Assembly: GCA_964187785.1 (NCBI GenBank)
Contig: OZ076409.1
Span: forward strand, 82,152,001-82,216,000
Reading direction: 5' to 3'
DNA: 64,000 nt
Source: Amphiscolops sp. MND2022
Lineage: Eukaryota
In this document: positions 38,364 to 50,854 of the stretch, in pieces
Layout of the letters: every line of letters starts with the position of its first letter
Position numbering within the stretch: the stretch's first letter is position 1
Program-made: the position numbers and the translations under genes
Notes under the pieces: model-generated
Told to the model about the DNA's origin: nothing
Seen by the model: only the letters and a program-made list of their open reading frames with translations
Database searches by the model: none

Positions 38364-39722
38364 CCCTGATGCTTACAGAGTTTTGAGTTTTGAGCGGGAC
38401 CTTTTGCGGCCGATAATGTTTTCCTCACTTCAATGAGAACTAAAAAAAATTCCTGTCGGCAATTTCTATCTTATCTAAGTGTTAATTGTATTGCCGAGTG
38501 GTGAGGTCGGCGATGCTAGGTGGTGAGTAGATAAGGCGAGATAGAACTTGGTGAATTTGGTGAAAGTTATTTTGCACACCTTATTATCCACAGTGCTGTG
38601 GGAAACAAATGGGAAATGAGAAACATTCTTGAAAACTTTCACTGTCAATTGCTCAAAAAGAACACAGAATGGCTGTTTCTTGCGTGAGCGAAAAATTCTT
38701 CGAAATTTATCTAGTTTTGAAAGGTTTTTGATGCAAGTTTCTGTGAATAATAATAACGGAGTTTAAAAATGATATCTCAAATGTATTGAGACAGGGAGTT
38801 GGGGTTCGGATAACAACTATTTAGGCTATTTTCAAGATGTCTAGATCTTATTGCTTGGCTTTATAGATTTCAAAATTTCAATTGATAGTGAAAATTAGTT
38901 TTTGATTCATTCCGGTGAATCGATTCATTGTACATTATTGTGATTAGGTACAGAAATAATTTTGCGAGATTGTTGTCCTGGAGATTGCTTCAGTGAAAAC
39001 TGAAATTTTCTGAGATTAATCATTGGAGGAAAGAAACCGTTTTTGTATAATGGAAGAAGTTGAGACTCCGAACGAAGCTCAAATAATGTAGCGTTTTTTC
39101 AAAAGTCGGGATAAATTGGAGATGCAAATTCCAAACAAACATTATCATCAAGTGAAATATTTTTTCAACACACAGCGAGAAACATTTGAACCATCGTTAA
39201 GCTACAATAGTGTGAGAAACAAACTGAACCTTTATTGGTAAAAGAAGAATTGGACCGAAACAAAACTAGCTCTGATTTCTGCTATCATCCAACCTATTTG
39301 AAAATTGAATAAAGAAACTTTCTAAAGTTTTGATGGCCACTTGAAATGTGGGTTTGCAAATAATGACGACACTTCCTAATTTCATTTTTCATTGACTGTA
39401 TTTACTTCTGAATTTGCATATGGGACATCATTTTAGACAATTTTTTATCAGTTGGCATCTATTTTGTAACTTTTATTTATTTGGCAGGTACTTCTTCATT
39501 TCCTTCAACTGTTCTACATTAAACTAACATTCAACTGTTCTACATCAAAATAATCATCGGTATTATATAGTTTTTGATAGGGGTTTTCTATTATTTCATT
39601 TCATTTACGCGAGACACAGCTTTTTTTTGCAAAGATTGGAGATTGTGCTTTCCGTTTTCGATTTTTTACCTATAAAAGTAATAACAGGAGAATCTACTAA
39701 CTGAAGCGATTGAACTGATCAT

Positions 39723-39783
39723 AGTAGTAGAAGCACGTGGCATTATAGGTGGGGGGGGGGGTTGAGTGAGTAACCGAATATGG
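39723..39783 (+). repeat. Polinton left TIR
   Basis: AGTAGTAGAAGCACGTGGCATTATAGGT-G tract-TTGAGTGAGTAACCGAATATGG, near-identical to the reverse complement of 57700-57762. Confidence 0.95.
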
Positions 39784-40213
39784 TCATAACACGGACTCCA
39801 AATGACGTCATGATTGCGACACAATGACGTAACCGAATGCAAAACATTTAGAATAAGGTCACCAATCATTACATTTCATTGGTTGACGAAAAAGAGCGAC
39901 TAACAAAAATGTAATGGTTTTTTCTATTGAGCCAAGCAAAAACTGAGTCTAAAAGTAGTTAGTTTGCTGGGTGATAAAGTAGTACTTTGCACAAATCCTA
40001 ATTATCTTGCCTTCTTCCTTCTAGTGGGATCTGTTGTTATCCAGGTTTGAGCCTCAGCATATCCTCAAAATTCTTTCATAGTATTTGTGCAAGGGCTACT
40101 TTCCGGCAAAAAACACTGATGGTTCAACACAAAAAGCGTAAATTCTCTACATTTGTGTTATCCTTAATGTTGACACGTGAATAACACTTGTTTGAAATTA
40201 AAGTACAAGATAA

Positions 40214-40438
40214 ATGGATATTGAAAATTTGAGCAATGATTCTGACAGTCTTGCAACAGACAGCGGTTATAATTCAATGGTTTCATTTGACGAAGATGAT
40301 GCTGATGATGATGACGATGGTCTGATACATCTCAATGTTGAGGTTGTAGAACTGTTTGAACGCCTGTTGTCATGGCTGGATCAAGTTCAACAAAACGACG
40401 ACATTTTGCAAGACTGGATGATTGATGATGAGCAGTAG
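40214..40438 (+). CDS. Polinton small, highly acidic protein (74 aa), function unknown
   Basis: ATG-initiated Asp/Glu-rich ORF just inside the left TIR; no recognised motif. Confidence 0.5.
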   Translation: MDIENLSNDSDSLATDSGYNSMVSFDEDDADDDDDGLIHLNVEVVELFERLLSWLDQVQQNDDILQDWMIDDEQ

Positions 40439-40533
40439 GTATGGTGATGACGAAGAAACTAGAAAGTAAAATTTTTTCATGAATTCTGGTTGAACGACAT
40501 GAACACCTAGCCTTGAAAACTTTTTTAACCTTT

Positions 40534-41362
40534 TCACAAATCTGACGGATACTTTCTTTTCCGAGACGCTAGTTCAAACTGTTGAGCAAGCGTTTTTGCA
40601 GTCTCTAAGTCTTCCATTGTAAGCAAGGGCTCTCCCGACGAATAAACTAGATCAGGAAACAATTCAGCAAAAGTGCAAGTTTTGTTTTGCATTTCCTATA
40701 AAGAAAAAATGTAAAGCTTTTACAAATATTAGTGAACTGATTACTGGCGGGGGACAAAAGTCAGTTACTCTCACTTGTTCCTCTAAATCTGAGGTTGTAG
40801 CTTTTGAAACTTTGTCTTCGAGCAGTTCTACTTTTTTCAGTAATTCGAGCTCCTCCGTGTTCAAATTATCAGTGTTCTGAAGCAAAAATAACCTTGTCTA
40901 TGTTCGAGACTTTTACAACAAGAAAAAACAAAAAGTACCTTTAAACTTCGTTCAAGATAGCTACTTGTGGATGGCTTGTTGTTACCATCAGCTTTATCAT
41001 CCTCAAAGTACCATGCGACTTTGTTTTTATCATCCTCTATGAACAATTTCTCCAAGAGGTTCCTTTCTGATTCGTCAACTTTGTATTCCGCAGCATCGTC
41101 CGGAAACAACACTTTATTTTGTTTGTTACTGTTAGGGGTAGTATTTTTTTGACTAACTGTGCTGTCATCACCAAGAGGTGTGTCTGAAACATCATAAATA
41201 CAAAATCACAATTGGACTATATTTTAACTCTAGTTGGATTATGTTCAAATGTTTACCTAAACCAATAATTGATTGTCTCGTCGTCTTTTTCTCTTTGGGA
41301 AAAACAGTAGGAGGAACAGTTGTATTTTTTCGAGTCGGTGGTGTCCTTTCATTGCTTGCCAT
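40534..41362 (-). CDS. Polinton accessory gene, four exons, predicted 204 aa (41362-41257, 41183-40939, 40876-40775, 40695-40534)
   Basis: Three GT-AG introns (73, 62, 79 nt) join otherwise separate ORFs into one open frame, MASNERTPP...RKRKYPSDL*. Confidence 0.75.
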
Positions 41363-41450
41363 TTCTGAAAAGTTGATGAGCTTTCGACGAAACTGAAAGA
41401 AAAACAACTACATTCAAACTAATTTTATACAGAAAAAATTCCGAGTCACG

Positions 41451-44400
41451 CTATACATTTAATGGGGATGTTGTAATGCCATCAGCATGCACAAATCGTT
41501 TGTACTAAAAATATGTTATAGACATTTTGTTTTGTTTATATGTGAACATGTTTCCTCGGTAGTAGCGAAATCCCTTGTTTTTTCCTTCGTAGGGTACCTT
41601 GTTGAACAAGACAGATTTAAATCTTTCCAATGGCGACTCTAGATTTTTGTTGCTTCCTTTAAGAGCCATTTTCATCTTTTTGTTGTTTTCGTTGAATGCG
41701 CAATAGGTTTTGCTGTTGAGACAAATCATTTCCGTTCCTTTCCATTCGATTTTGAAAAGTCCAGGTTTTTCTTTAATCCAATGCACCGTGTTCTTTACAG
41801 CAGCTTCGTGTTAGAAAATTCAGTTGAGCATTTGGTAGATAGCAATCTTCTTGTTCATGATAATGCTTCGCATTTTCTCGCATTTGTGTCTTTGCAGCCT
41901 CAGAGAAACAATCGAAGAGGTCGTTTTCTGTCAAAGCCATGTAGAAAGAGTCTGTGTCCATCTCTATAGCACGAAAAGACCTCGGTCTCATAATTCTGCC
42001 GAGAAAGTTGTAACGAAACTCTAACATTCTTTGTTTTCCATTGTTTAGTACTGTAAAACCAACGAGAATGGGTTCATCGTGCACAATTTTTCTTTTAGCC
42101 ATGTTAATTTCGTATGTTGTTTCATCCACAATGTCATAGGACCGGAATTTCGGAGAATTGATTTTTTGATCAACTTTTCTTTCATCAACAAAAAGCGTGT
42201 TTTGAAATTTTGATTTGTTTATGAGTTGGATGCCATATGCGCTATTTCCAATAAGTTTGGATGTTTCTGCAATCACACTGAGCGACTTGTCTACATCTCC
42301 TCGACGCCTGTTTTCTGTTACAAAATCCAAAAAATCTTTGAAGGGTTGTGCTTTTTTGTAACAAAGAAACTGGTAGCATTTTGTAACAACCAAACCATGT
42401 TCTAAACACGACTTGATGTAGTCGGTAGATAACATTATCTTTTCTCCAAAGTAGCTGGCGACAAGACATTTCCAACCGTTTTTCATCAAACCGAACTCTT
42501 CGGCATAATCTTGCATTTCCGCGGAAAGATGTTGCCTCTCGACAGTTGTATTTTTGAAGATGGGCGGAAGTTCTTTAAAGTGTTCCTTCAAGTGATCTGG
42601 AACGTGGATGTCAATTTCAGCTTATCCATAGACCTTTTCTTTCAGAACTGCATTGAGAAAAGTCTCCAACGTTGAAAACTTTTGTGGTGGACAATCAAGT
42701 TTCCTCACAAACTCTTTTATTTCGGGGTCTGTTTCTTTAAACTGATTCCATTGACACTCCCATTGCTCAATCACACGATATCCTGCATTTAGAATAACTT
42801 CCGTACGCTCCTTGTCATTTTCACGTATTTTCGCCGGTGTTTTTCCATAAATTAGAGGCGGCTGAAACATTTAGCAGTTTGAAGCACTTCAAAAGAAAGT
42901 ATGATTCATTATTTCAAAATTAAAATTTTGTCAACTAACCAAACTTATACAGTCATGGGCGTGATGATAACATCCCATAAATTCCCAAACAGTTTTACAG
43001 GACACACAGATAGCATCGGGAACGAGTGTTCTAACTTGGTGGCGCATATTTGTGAAACGAGTGGTCACTGAATAACTTGGGTTTTGGTCGTGATGATGTT
43101 TGGAGATAAAAGCAACATACTGTCGTTCGGCTTGTAAAAATTTACTTTTTTCGGAAACTAGAGCGTTGTCGCTGTTGCACACGTAATGAGTCAACGGTCC
43201 AGTTGGCATGTTCCCACCAATAGCAGATAAATACAAAGCGTTGGCATCATAACCAACTATTGACTTGACTTTTTCATCATTGATTACAGTTTCATTAGTT
43301 TTTTCGTAACGACTAAACACTATACTTGGCCCTCCAACATTGTTGTTTCGAACACTTTGATACAAATCCTTGTCTTTATAATTGAACAAAAAAATTCCCT
43401 CGCCTTTGTTTGATCGATGTAAAATATTGTTGGCGGCACCGCTGAGTGTTAGAGTTTCCTTCAGCAAGTCAATCGAGTGTTGTTCATAGAATTGGGCCAT
43501 TTTGGTCACAGCCTTGTGGGGGGGATAAACATCAAGGTTATTGTAATATTGTAAATAATCCATCATTGTTTGAAACCCTTCGTGGTCCCATGTTTGTTTA
43601 ATGTCCTCATATACTTCCAACCCTGTCTTGGGTCTACTTCGATCGGTGAGGCTGCCGCCGTTCCTAACAAAACTGTTAATTTCGTTCTCCAAAACGTTTT
43701 CATTCTTCAGTGAGGAAAAGAATGCTTCGTAGGGTGGTAATCTAGTTTCTTGTAAAATTTCAAAACTGGTGAGATGTTCGTAAGGAAAAAAAAACTTGCT
43801 GACTTCGCTACCATAAGCTTTCAAAAACTTGTCCAATGATGTACCAGCTGCAACAAAATGACTACAGTCCATGAAGCGCAGGTTTGGTGTCGAAAGGAGT
43901 AAGAAGCGAGTATTTCGTTTAATACACTTGATGGATGACAAGCTAAGGAAACGCTGCAGCGACTTTAAAAGATATGGCTTTATCAAGTTCAAATCGTAGA
44001 ATCCACTATTGAAACCAACAACTGGTAGCTGGTCAATGTATTGTAAGAACTGTGTTCGTGTTCGTTTCAGGAATCTGTGCAATCTCTGCTGTGTGCTGGA
44101 TACAGTAGTAGTAGCGGCAGTGGTTTCGTTTAGAGCAGCTCCTTGATCATCTGAGTGTGTGTACTCTCCCATGGTGTCATCTGGTTGAAAATCTAATAAC
44201 ATTTCATCAATTTGTTCTAGATAGGGTAAAAATTTTTGTCGCTGGTGAGAGATATTTTTGAGGGACAAGTCCATTAAATAGTCTACAAACTTGTATACCA
44301 GAACGTTAGGGTCTTTTTCCACTAGCCACTTTGCAGCCGAGTCGTCTGTTGTAATGTTTTGATATACTGCAACCGATACGGGAATATGTTGATGAGTAAA

Positions 44401-45919
44401 CTCCAATTTTTTCGTCTTGATGAAACAATCATCTTGGTTGGTATCAAATTTATTTGTTTGCCGTTTTGGTGATGACTTTTGTCTCAAAATGGATTCAAAA
44501 TCAAAAGTAACAAAAGACTTGTAGAATCTATGCTCATGCGGAACACAGACATCAAACACGGTCTCTAGCGTCGTGAAAAAAGTGTCAGTGGGCGTGTATT
44601 TCCCACCTGGATATGAGTGATCTGACTTTTCCGAGCATGACTTCAGATGGCGATTCAATTCAAACAGTCGTGAAAAGTACTGTTCACACTTGATGCACTT
44701 GAATCGTCGAAAAAATACATTTAAATTTCGGATTAGACAAGTGTGGTTATCGACTAGAAGCAGATCAACAAAATTGGATTGCTTGTCCATTTCCAACGTT
44801 TTACTTCGGTATAGCAATTCACCTTGTACTACATTGTGTACATCTAGTTCAGCTGAAAACACTCGGATGGCGCAAGAACAAAACTTTTCAACGTCTGGCA
44901 GGTCCGACAGCTCAATACCGGCAAAATCTTGAACGTTCTTTTGCACTCCGCGAATGTACATTTGAAAAAGCTCCATTGTTTTAGATTCCAATCCATGCAT
45001 GGAATTTTGTTGGAAGGCAGCCAAGGCACGAAAAACGCAAAGATTATCATTAAGTTTTCTTTTTGTGGATTTGTTGAAGGTAAGTGTCCAAACACTCCTT
45101 GCGGATCTGATGAAATCCGGAATATCTACCACATCTTGATCGGTGCTGCCCATTGGCAGGCGTGACAAGTGTGTGGCATGTAGAGAGACGTTGGTTAAGC
45201 AGAAAAAAGTCCATTTTGTGCTGTCGCGAAAGTTTGTAAATTTTTCAATAAAGTCAGTGTTGAAAATGTCCTGTTTTAGCAGTTTGAATTGTTCAAAGTT
45301 TTCTACTAGCTTTGGTTTGGGTAAGACCGTGGTATTGTCACTTGAGTAGTAGTACCGATATTCGCCAGTTTCGTTGTTTGAGAGAATGTATCCAAAACTG
45401 ACATTCATTTTGGATACCCTTTTTATTTTTGCAAAAGCTTCATCGAGTACTTTACAAATATTATCAATCCCTTCAAAGAAAATTGACAGTTGTTTGGTGG
45501 GGTAGCAAAACATTTTGATCCCCCATAATGTGTCTCTTTCTACGAACAAGTTCTTTCAGTGATTCATCATCGCCAAATTGGGCATCGTTCAGATGAGAAT
45601 TTGGTGATTTTAACATTTCATGTTCGGTATGTGTATGCTGTTGCAACGTGAGCATTGTTGCAAAGGTTGAATCACAGTAGCCGCATTTGAAGTTTTTCTT
45701 TTTCACATGCTTCAGAGATTTATGAGTGTTGAGGTCTTGGCTACTTTTTGCAATGTAGCTGCACTGTCCACAGTGTAAATCATCCTTGTCGTGGGTCTTT
45801 TCATGTCGGTTTCGGTTGTATTTGCGGGAAAACTCTTTTCCACATTTACTACAAACAAAAGTTACAAGGGATTGCTGAGAAGTTGAAGGAGTTGCTGTTG
45901 CGCCGTCAGACGACTGCAT
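41451..45919 (-). pseudogene. Protein-primed family B DNA polymerase (pPolB) with N-terminal C2H2 zinc fingers and an inserted Vsr-like nuclease domain; disrupted
   Basis: Exonuclease motifs FDFES, GFNSGFYD, YNNLDV; polymerase motifs YDANALY, KLIGNSAYG, MDTDS, KPGLFK, KRFV; frameshifts near 45480 and 41775, stops at 42622 and 41505; one 78-nt intron. Confidence 0.95.
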
Positions 45920-46639
45920 CGTGATGAATAGAGAGCAGCAGCAGCACTTGCCGTCGTTCTTTCGGGAGAAATTCAATCTAAACAAGTGTCTGTTTGTTAC
46001 TACAAGTTCAAACAATTTTCAAAGTTTTCTGGTAACTCCTGAATTTGCTGTGGCTAAACATCAGACAAACAAGTTTTGTAACAAAAATAAGCAGTGCAAA
46101 TATCACATCATGCTTTATGGTTTTGACAATGTACAAAACAAGTTGATGCATCTGAATTATGATTTTGAAAATGTAAATTGTCCCTACAGTTACTTCAAAT
46201 TCTTCATTATTCTTCCGGAAAAAGTTGTTTGTATTCATGGAAACTTCCTCATGGAACCTTTGTTATTAGCTACCAAACACAATCGTATAAATCGAAGCAA
46301 AGAATGTGTCACGAGTCTACTTTGGAGACGGATTGGTTGGAAAAAAAGGAGACGACACTCACCAGCAACAACCAACAGAGGTCCACAACACACTATAGCG
46401 TCGCTGATGAATTTTGTTCAAATGCAGATTGTTGTCGCGACTCGTCTATTGGAATTTTTGCAACAACATTTTTCATCTGAAATTTCCACAACCACCACAA
46501 ATGACATCAGCACAATAACCGAGTAATTTTCCTTTGCAAGTCTACCTTGCAAATACAAATCATTACTTTTGTTCACTACCTACAGTTCAGTTATTATTTG
46601 CTGATTCAAAAAATTTTGACAAAATAAAAAATTTTCATC

Positions 46640-47273
46640 ATGTCATCAACAGCTGTCATCAACCCTGTTGATTGTAAAGTGTTGAAATAAATGTTTTAAA
46701 GTTGAAGCTAGTACAAAACGTTACCTTTTAATTACCGTTAAAACCTATCCGTCCTCTTCAGAAAGCTATACAAGTATTCAACTGTTCAAGTTAGATGAAG
46801 AGACCAAGGAATACACACCACAAAAGTATTTGACTCTCAAGTTTCAAAAATTAAACAAAATTCCTTGGGACGACGTTTACACCAACGTTGTCAATGTCTT
46901 CGACTTTTCACTAGACGTTCGCATGCCCTACCACAAGAATGATATGGACTATTTTGACTTCATCTTTGATGTTCAAGACTTTATCTCAAACAAATCGAGA
47001 GTCGTCAGAGTAGCTTCCAAGCGTTATCCTCAAGCAACCTACTTGTACTTAAAACTTTTTATTCAATATGAAAAGCGCTGGAAAATGCAACAAACAATAG
47101 ACATTTCTTGGATGGAGCTATCTCATTTGTTGAACGTTGTCAAAGAGATTCAGAGCTACCCAAATGGAATACCTAAAGAAGGAAGTCCAATCACAGAGAC
47201 TGGTTTATTTCGTCCAATCGCAACATTGACTAACCCAGAAATCAGCAGCAGCGTCAGTAGCAATAGCCATTAA
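46640..47273 (+). pseudogene. Polinton gene, possibly tandem PC4-like ssDNA-binding domains; 5' part disrupted
   Basis: Two repeats of a beta-strand/helix pattern (e.g. RVVRVASKRYPQATYLYLKLF...TIDISWMELSHL) reminiscent of PC4; assigned by eye only. Confidence 0.35.
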
Positions 47274-47333
47274 CAAATTTTTTGAGTGCTTCATTACCTC
47301 TCTTACTTTCACAGAATTTGGTTGCTTGCTAGC

Positions 47334-47946
47334 ATGATGGCTGATTTCAACTACATTATTACGTTTGTTTTGGATGTGGAGTTTTTAGAAGTTGACGTAG
47401 TTAAAGAAATTAGTGTAACCACACCGTATCACTCTGTATCTTTATCATTCAAACCTCCCAGGCCATGGAAAGATCTAACCCGTGAAGAACAACTGGAATA
47501 CAACAACAACAACACTCTCAATGTTGGGATGAAGGCGCTATTGACTATAAAGAACTGAGGAACGCTGTATACACCCTCATTCCACCAGGAGTCATGAAGT
47601 ATGCAAAAGGAGTGCAAAAGTTTGACTTTTTCTCTCGTTTTTTCCATTTCAAAATTCACAATTTGGAAGACATGGCTGCCTTGACGCCTCTGCAATCCAA
47701 CATTTGATAAATATGTCCAACGACGACGACGACGACAAGGAGAACAGGCCGTTGTGTCCCAATTTTCCCAAATATCCCAATCATTATGAAAAATGTGCGG
47801 CCATCAATAGTAAGCTTTATCTCAAGTGGTTAGCCAATAAAATTAAACAAGATCCTGCTTGTGATCCAGGAAATGGCGCGAAAGACTTTCCCGCTGCGCA
47901 ACGATGCAGCACTCATACTCATGTAATTATCATCATCATTTGTTAA
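47334..47946 (+). pseudogene. Conserved Polinton protein with DEDD/DnaQ-like signature; frameshifted
   Basis: VLDVEF...VKEIS...FKPP.PW, then in other frames WDEG.IDY, YAKG..K, NLED and a C-terminal C..H..CA pattern. Confidence 0.55.
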
Positions 47947-47955
47947 ATTTGCAGC

Positions 47956-48219
47956 ATGACTGATCAGCCGGATCTTGCAGTGCAAGAATTCGTTTTTGAT
48001 GAGAATAACCAAGAACGCAAGCTTTGGACAATTTGCGGCAAGCCTATTCCACGGTCCGAAATTGTCTTTTTCAGTCAATTACTTGTCATTCTTATGGTTA
48101 TCTCATTTTGTATTTTCAAACTTTCTGTATCATCTTCAAACGATAAAGACAAGCCGGTTTGGATTGCCTTGCTGGCCAGTGCACTGGGATCTATTCTACC
48201 CAATCCGAGACTGAAATGA
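47956..48219 (+). CDS. Small two-helix membrane protein of Polinton type
   Basis: 87 aa; SEIVFFSQ-hydrophobic helix-WIALLASALGSILPNP; its stop overlaps the ATPase start (ATGA). Confidence 0.7.
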   Translation: MTDQPDLAVQEFVFDENNQERKLWTICGKPIPRSEIVFFSQLLVILMVISFCIFKLSVSSSNDKDKPVWIALLASALGSILPNPRLK

Positions 48220-48891
48220 ACAAGGTCATTCCCACTGACAACCATGTGTTCATGTCTCTTGTTGGTCCATCCGGCTCTGGAAAGACTACTCTTTTGTATA
48301 ATCTTTTAACCTTGCCAGTGTTTCAACCAATGTACCAATCTGTAATTTTTTTCTATCAACATTATCAAGAAGCCTGCGAAAAATTGAAGCGAGATGTTGA
48401 AAAAATTGAATTCATACAAGGACTAGACTTTGATTTGATCAATCAATCATTTACACATGACGGAAAAAAAACGCTTGCTATTTTTTGATGACTTTTCAGG
48501 GGAACTTTTAAAATCTAAAGATTTCACTCGGATTGCTACCGCTGGTAGACACTTGGGCTTGCATGTTTTGTATTTTAAGCATAATTTATTTCATAAATCA
48601 TCCATTGGAAGAGACGTAGAGTTGCAGTTGACTCATATTGTGCTTTTTCAATCTCCCCGTGACATTAATCAAATTGAACGACTTGGGCAACAGTTGGGCA
48701 AGCAAAAATTTTTACCTCTATGCTATGAGGATGCCACATCCAAACCTTTTGGATTTCTCATGATTGATCTGTCACCTAAAACAATGGATCTTTTACGATT
48801 TTGTACAAATTTGGAGCCAACAGTTTTCTATATACCCAGTGAAAAGGCCCGCATTACAGAGATTGACGATGACTACACAACAAGTTATTAG
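48216..48891 (+). pseudogene. A32/FtsK-like genome packaging ATPase; one frameshift
   Basis: Walker A GPSGSGKTT, Walker B LLFFDD, GRH motif; split between ORFs 48159-48488 and 48457-48891. Confidence 0.92.
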
Positions 48892-49174
48892 GCTGCAGCA
48901 TTTCAAGAGTCTTTCACTGGCCGACCGGTTGGACATGTTGAAAAGATGTGAGGACAATTTCATTGAGTTTCTGGCCGAATCAGTTGTAAACATTTTGCAA
49001 GGTGTAGTGCCCGGAATCAGGCGGAAAGAAATTGAAAAGTTCAAGCCACAAATTGTGCGAATCATTTCGACCAAAGCAACTCTTGCGGAACAGCGGGCCA
49101 TATTCACTTCCCGAAAGGGGCTCTTGTTGCTAGATGTTATTATCGAGCATGTTATTGAATACTTTTTAAGTTAG
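48869..49174 (+). CDS. Conserved small Polinton protein (probable virion component)
   Basis: FLAESVVNILQGVVP followed by a basic helical region; sits immediately after the ATPase. Confidence 0.6.
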   Translation: MTTQQVIRLQHFKSLSLADRLDMLKRCEDNFIEFLAESVVNILQGVVPGIRRKEIEKFKPQIVRIISTKATLAEQRAIFTSRKGLLLLDVIIEHVIEYFLS

Positions 49175-49179
49175 TAGTA

Positions 49180-49856
49180 ATGGAATTGAAAAAATTTGTA
49201 TTGATACCTTTTTCACAGTACAAGAGTCAATTGGCATCGAGTAGGCCTGTCAGCACAGTATTGTACGATTCAAAATTGACCAATGAGGAAAAGACTAAAA
49301 TTTTGCCTACATTGGACAGAAAAAAAGGAGAGCTGGTGCTGTTGTAAGCGCGCATACCACCACCACGGTCACTGCTAGCACCGTACCTGCAAGTAGTAGT
49401 AGTAGTACAACAAAGACTATTGATCGTCAAAAAGAGGCAATTTTGTTGGATGTGGGTGGAAGCGAAACTACTCAAAGACGTAGCGCTTCGTTGCACGACA
49501 AAATTTTGTCTAATTCAAAAATAGAATTGACAAGTGAAGGTACAATTAAGCTTTAAAATTCCGACACAGACATTCCTCTCAGCACAATTTTATATAGATT
49601 ACAGAACCCTTTTCCAAAAAGTAGTCCAGTAACACGACAATTTTTGGTCATTGTTGAAAATGTGAAAATCCCCGAACACTTGATTGCAAATCAGTCTCTG
49701 TTGAAACATCAAAGAAATAGACAAAATAAAGCTCCTCCTCCTCTCGTCGGCTCGGACGACGACGCCGACGATGACGAAGAGGACTTTGAAAGCGTCGACG
49801 AAGATGCAGGTAGCAGCAGCAGGGTAACAAGCAGCAAGGAAAAGAAAGAAGGATGA
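49180..49856 (+). pseudogene. Polinton hypothetical protein (MELKKFVLIP...), disrupted
   Basis: ATG start with a K-[MF]-V-L-[IV]-P N-terminus, several stops and frameshifts, acidic C-terminal tail (ORF 49644-49856). Confidence 0.5.
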
Positions 49857-50812
49857 AGAAAAGAATGGTATTCAGTCAAGGGCGAAAAGAAACAATTTTG
49901 AAAAAAGGTTGTTGGAAAAGGCTTGGAAGAGTGGCTTCTCGGCATATGGATCGCGTCAAAATTTGCAAAAAGCTACAAAATTGTCCGTGAAAAAAGTTGA
50001 TGACTTTTTGCAAGGTAAAAACTCCTACACAAAATTTTTCATTCCCCAGCGTAGATCCTATTCCCGATTGACGACACTTGCTTTCGACATTAACGACATT
50101 TGGTGCATGGACGTTGCTTACGTCGATAAAATTGCCATGCCAAAAGATGGTGTAAAATTTTTACTAGTCTGTGTAGATGTCTTGTCACCCTACTTGAGGG
50201 TGGAACCACTGAAGCGACTGACACCTGTTGCTGTGAAAGATGGTCTAGTTGCCATGTTAAATAAATGCCCGACAGTACATCCCAACAAAATTTGGACCGA
50301 TCAAGGTCGAGAGTTTGAGGGAGAATTTCGCAAGTTTTGCAAAACTGTTGGAATACACCAATAAAATTCGTTCAGCGGTACAAAAGCAGCATTTGCTGAG
50401 CGTGCCATTAGAGCTTTGAAGGCCCAAATTGTTCGGTATCTCGAAGAGGAATGGATGTGGCGCTATATTGACAAGTTGCCAGACTTGTAAAAACTCTCAA
50501 TGACCGTGTGAATCGATCAATTGGTATGGCACCGTCAAAGGTTGAGAAAAAGCATGTGCTCAAACTTATCGCACTTAAACAAAGGTCTGCAGTGATGAAA
50601 AAAAGGCCAAGTACAAGGTGGGCGACTTTGTACGCATTGCTTCAAAGAATGTGCCCTTTAGAAAAGGATATCTACAACAGTTTACAAATGAAATTTTTTC
50701 AATTTCCACAGTAATCTCCACTCACCCACCCTCTTACATTTTGCGCGATGAAAAAGGCCAAGAAATTCAGGGCAAATTTTACGAAGCTGAGATCATTAAA
50801 GTACTTAAGTGA
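49853..50812 (+). pseudogene. Retroviral-like (RVE) DDE integrase; disrupted
   Basis: WCMD, CVDVLS, WTDQGREF, AERAIRALK (D-D-E), SIGMAP, GDFVRI, FTNEIF, GKFYEAEI; stop at 50362 and frameshifts. Confidence 0.93.
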
Positions 50813-50854
50813 AAAGAATATATTTCACAAATCATTTTTTAGCTTTAATCGACA

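Noticed and set aside
39205..39722. Long inverted repeats flanking the Polinton as its TIRs
   Set aside because: They lie outside the GATCAT TSD, are much more diverged and belong to an older foldback element.
45921..46526. 201-aa ORF diverging from pPolB
   Set aside because: GTG start and no recognisable motifs; the 5' half is probably promoter/leader sequence, and only a short 3' ORF (from ATG 46251) might be real.
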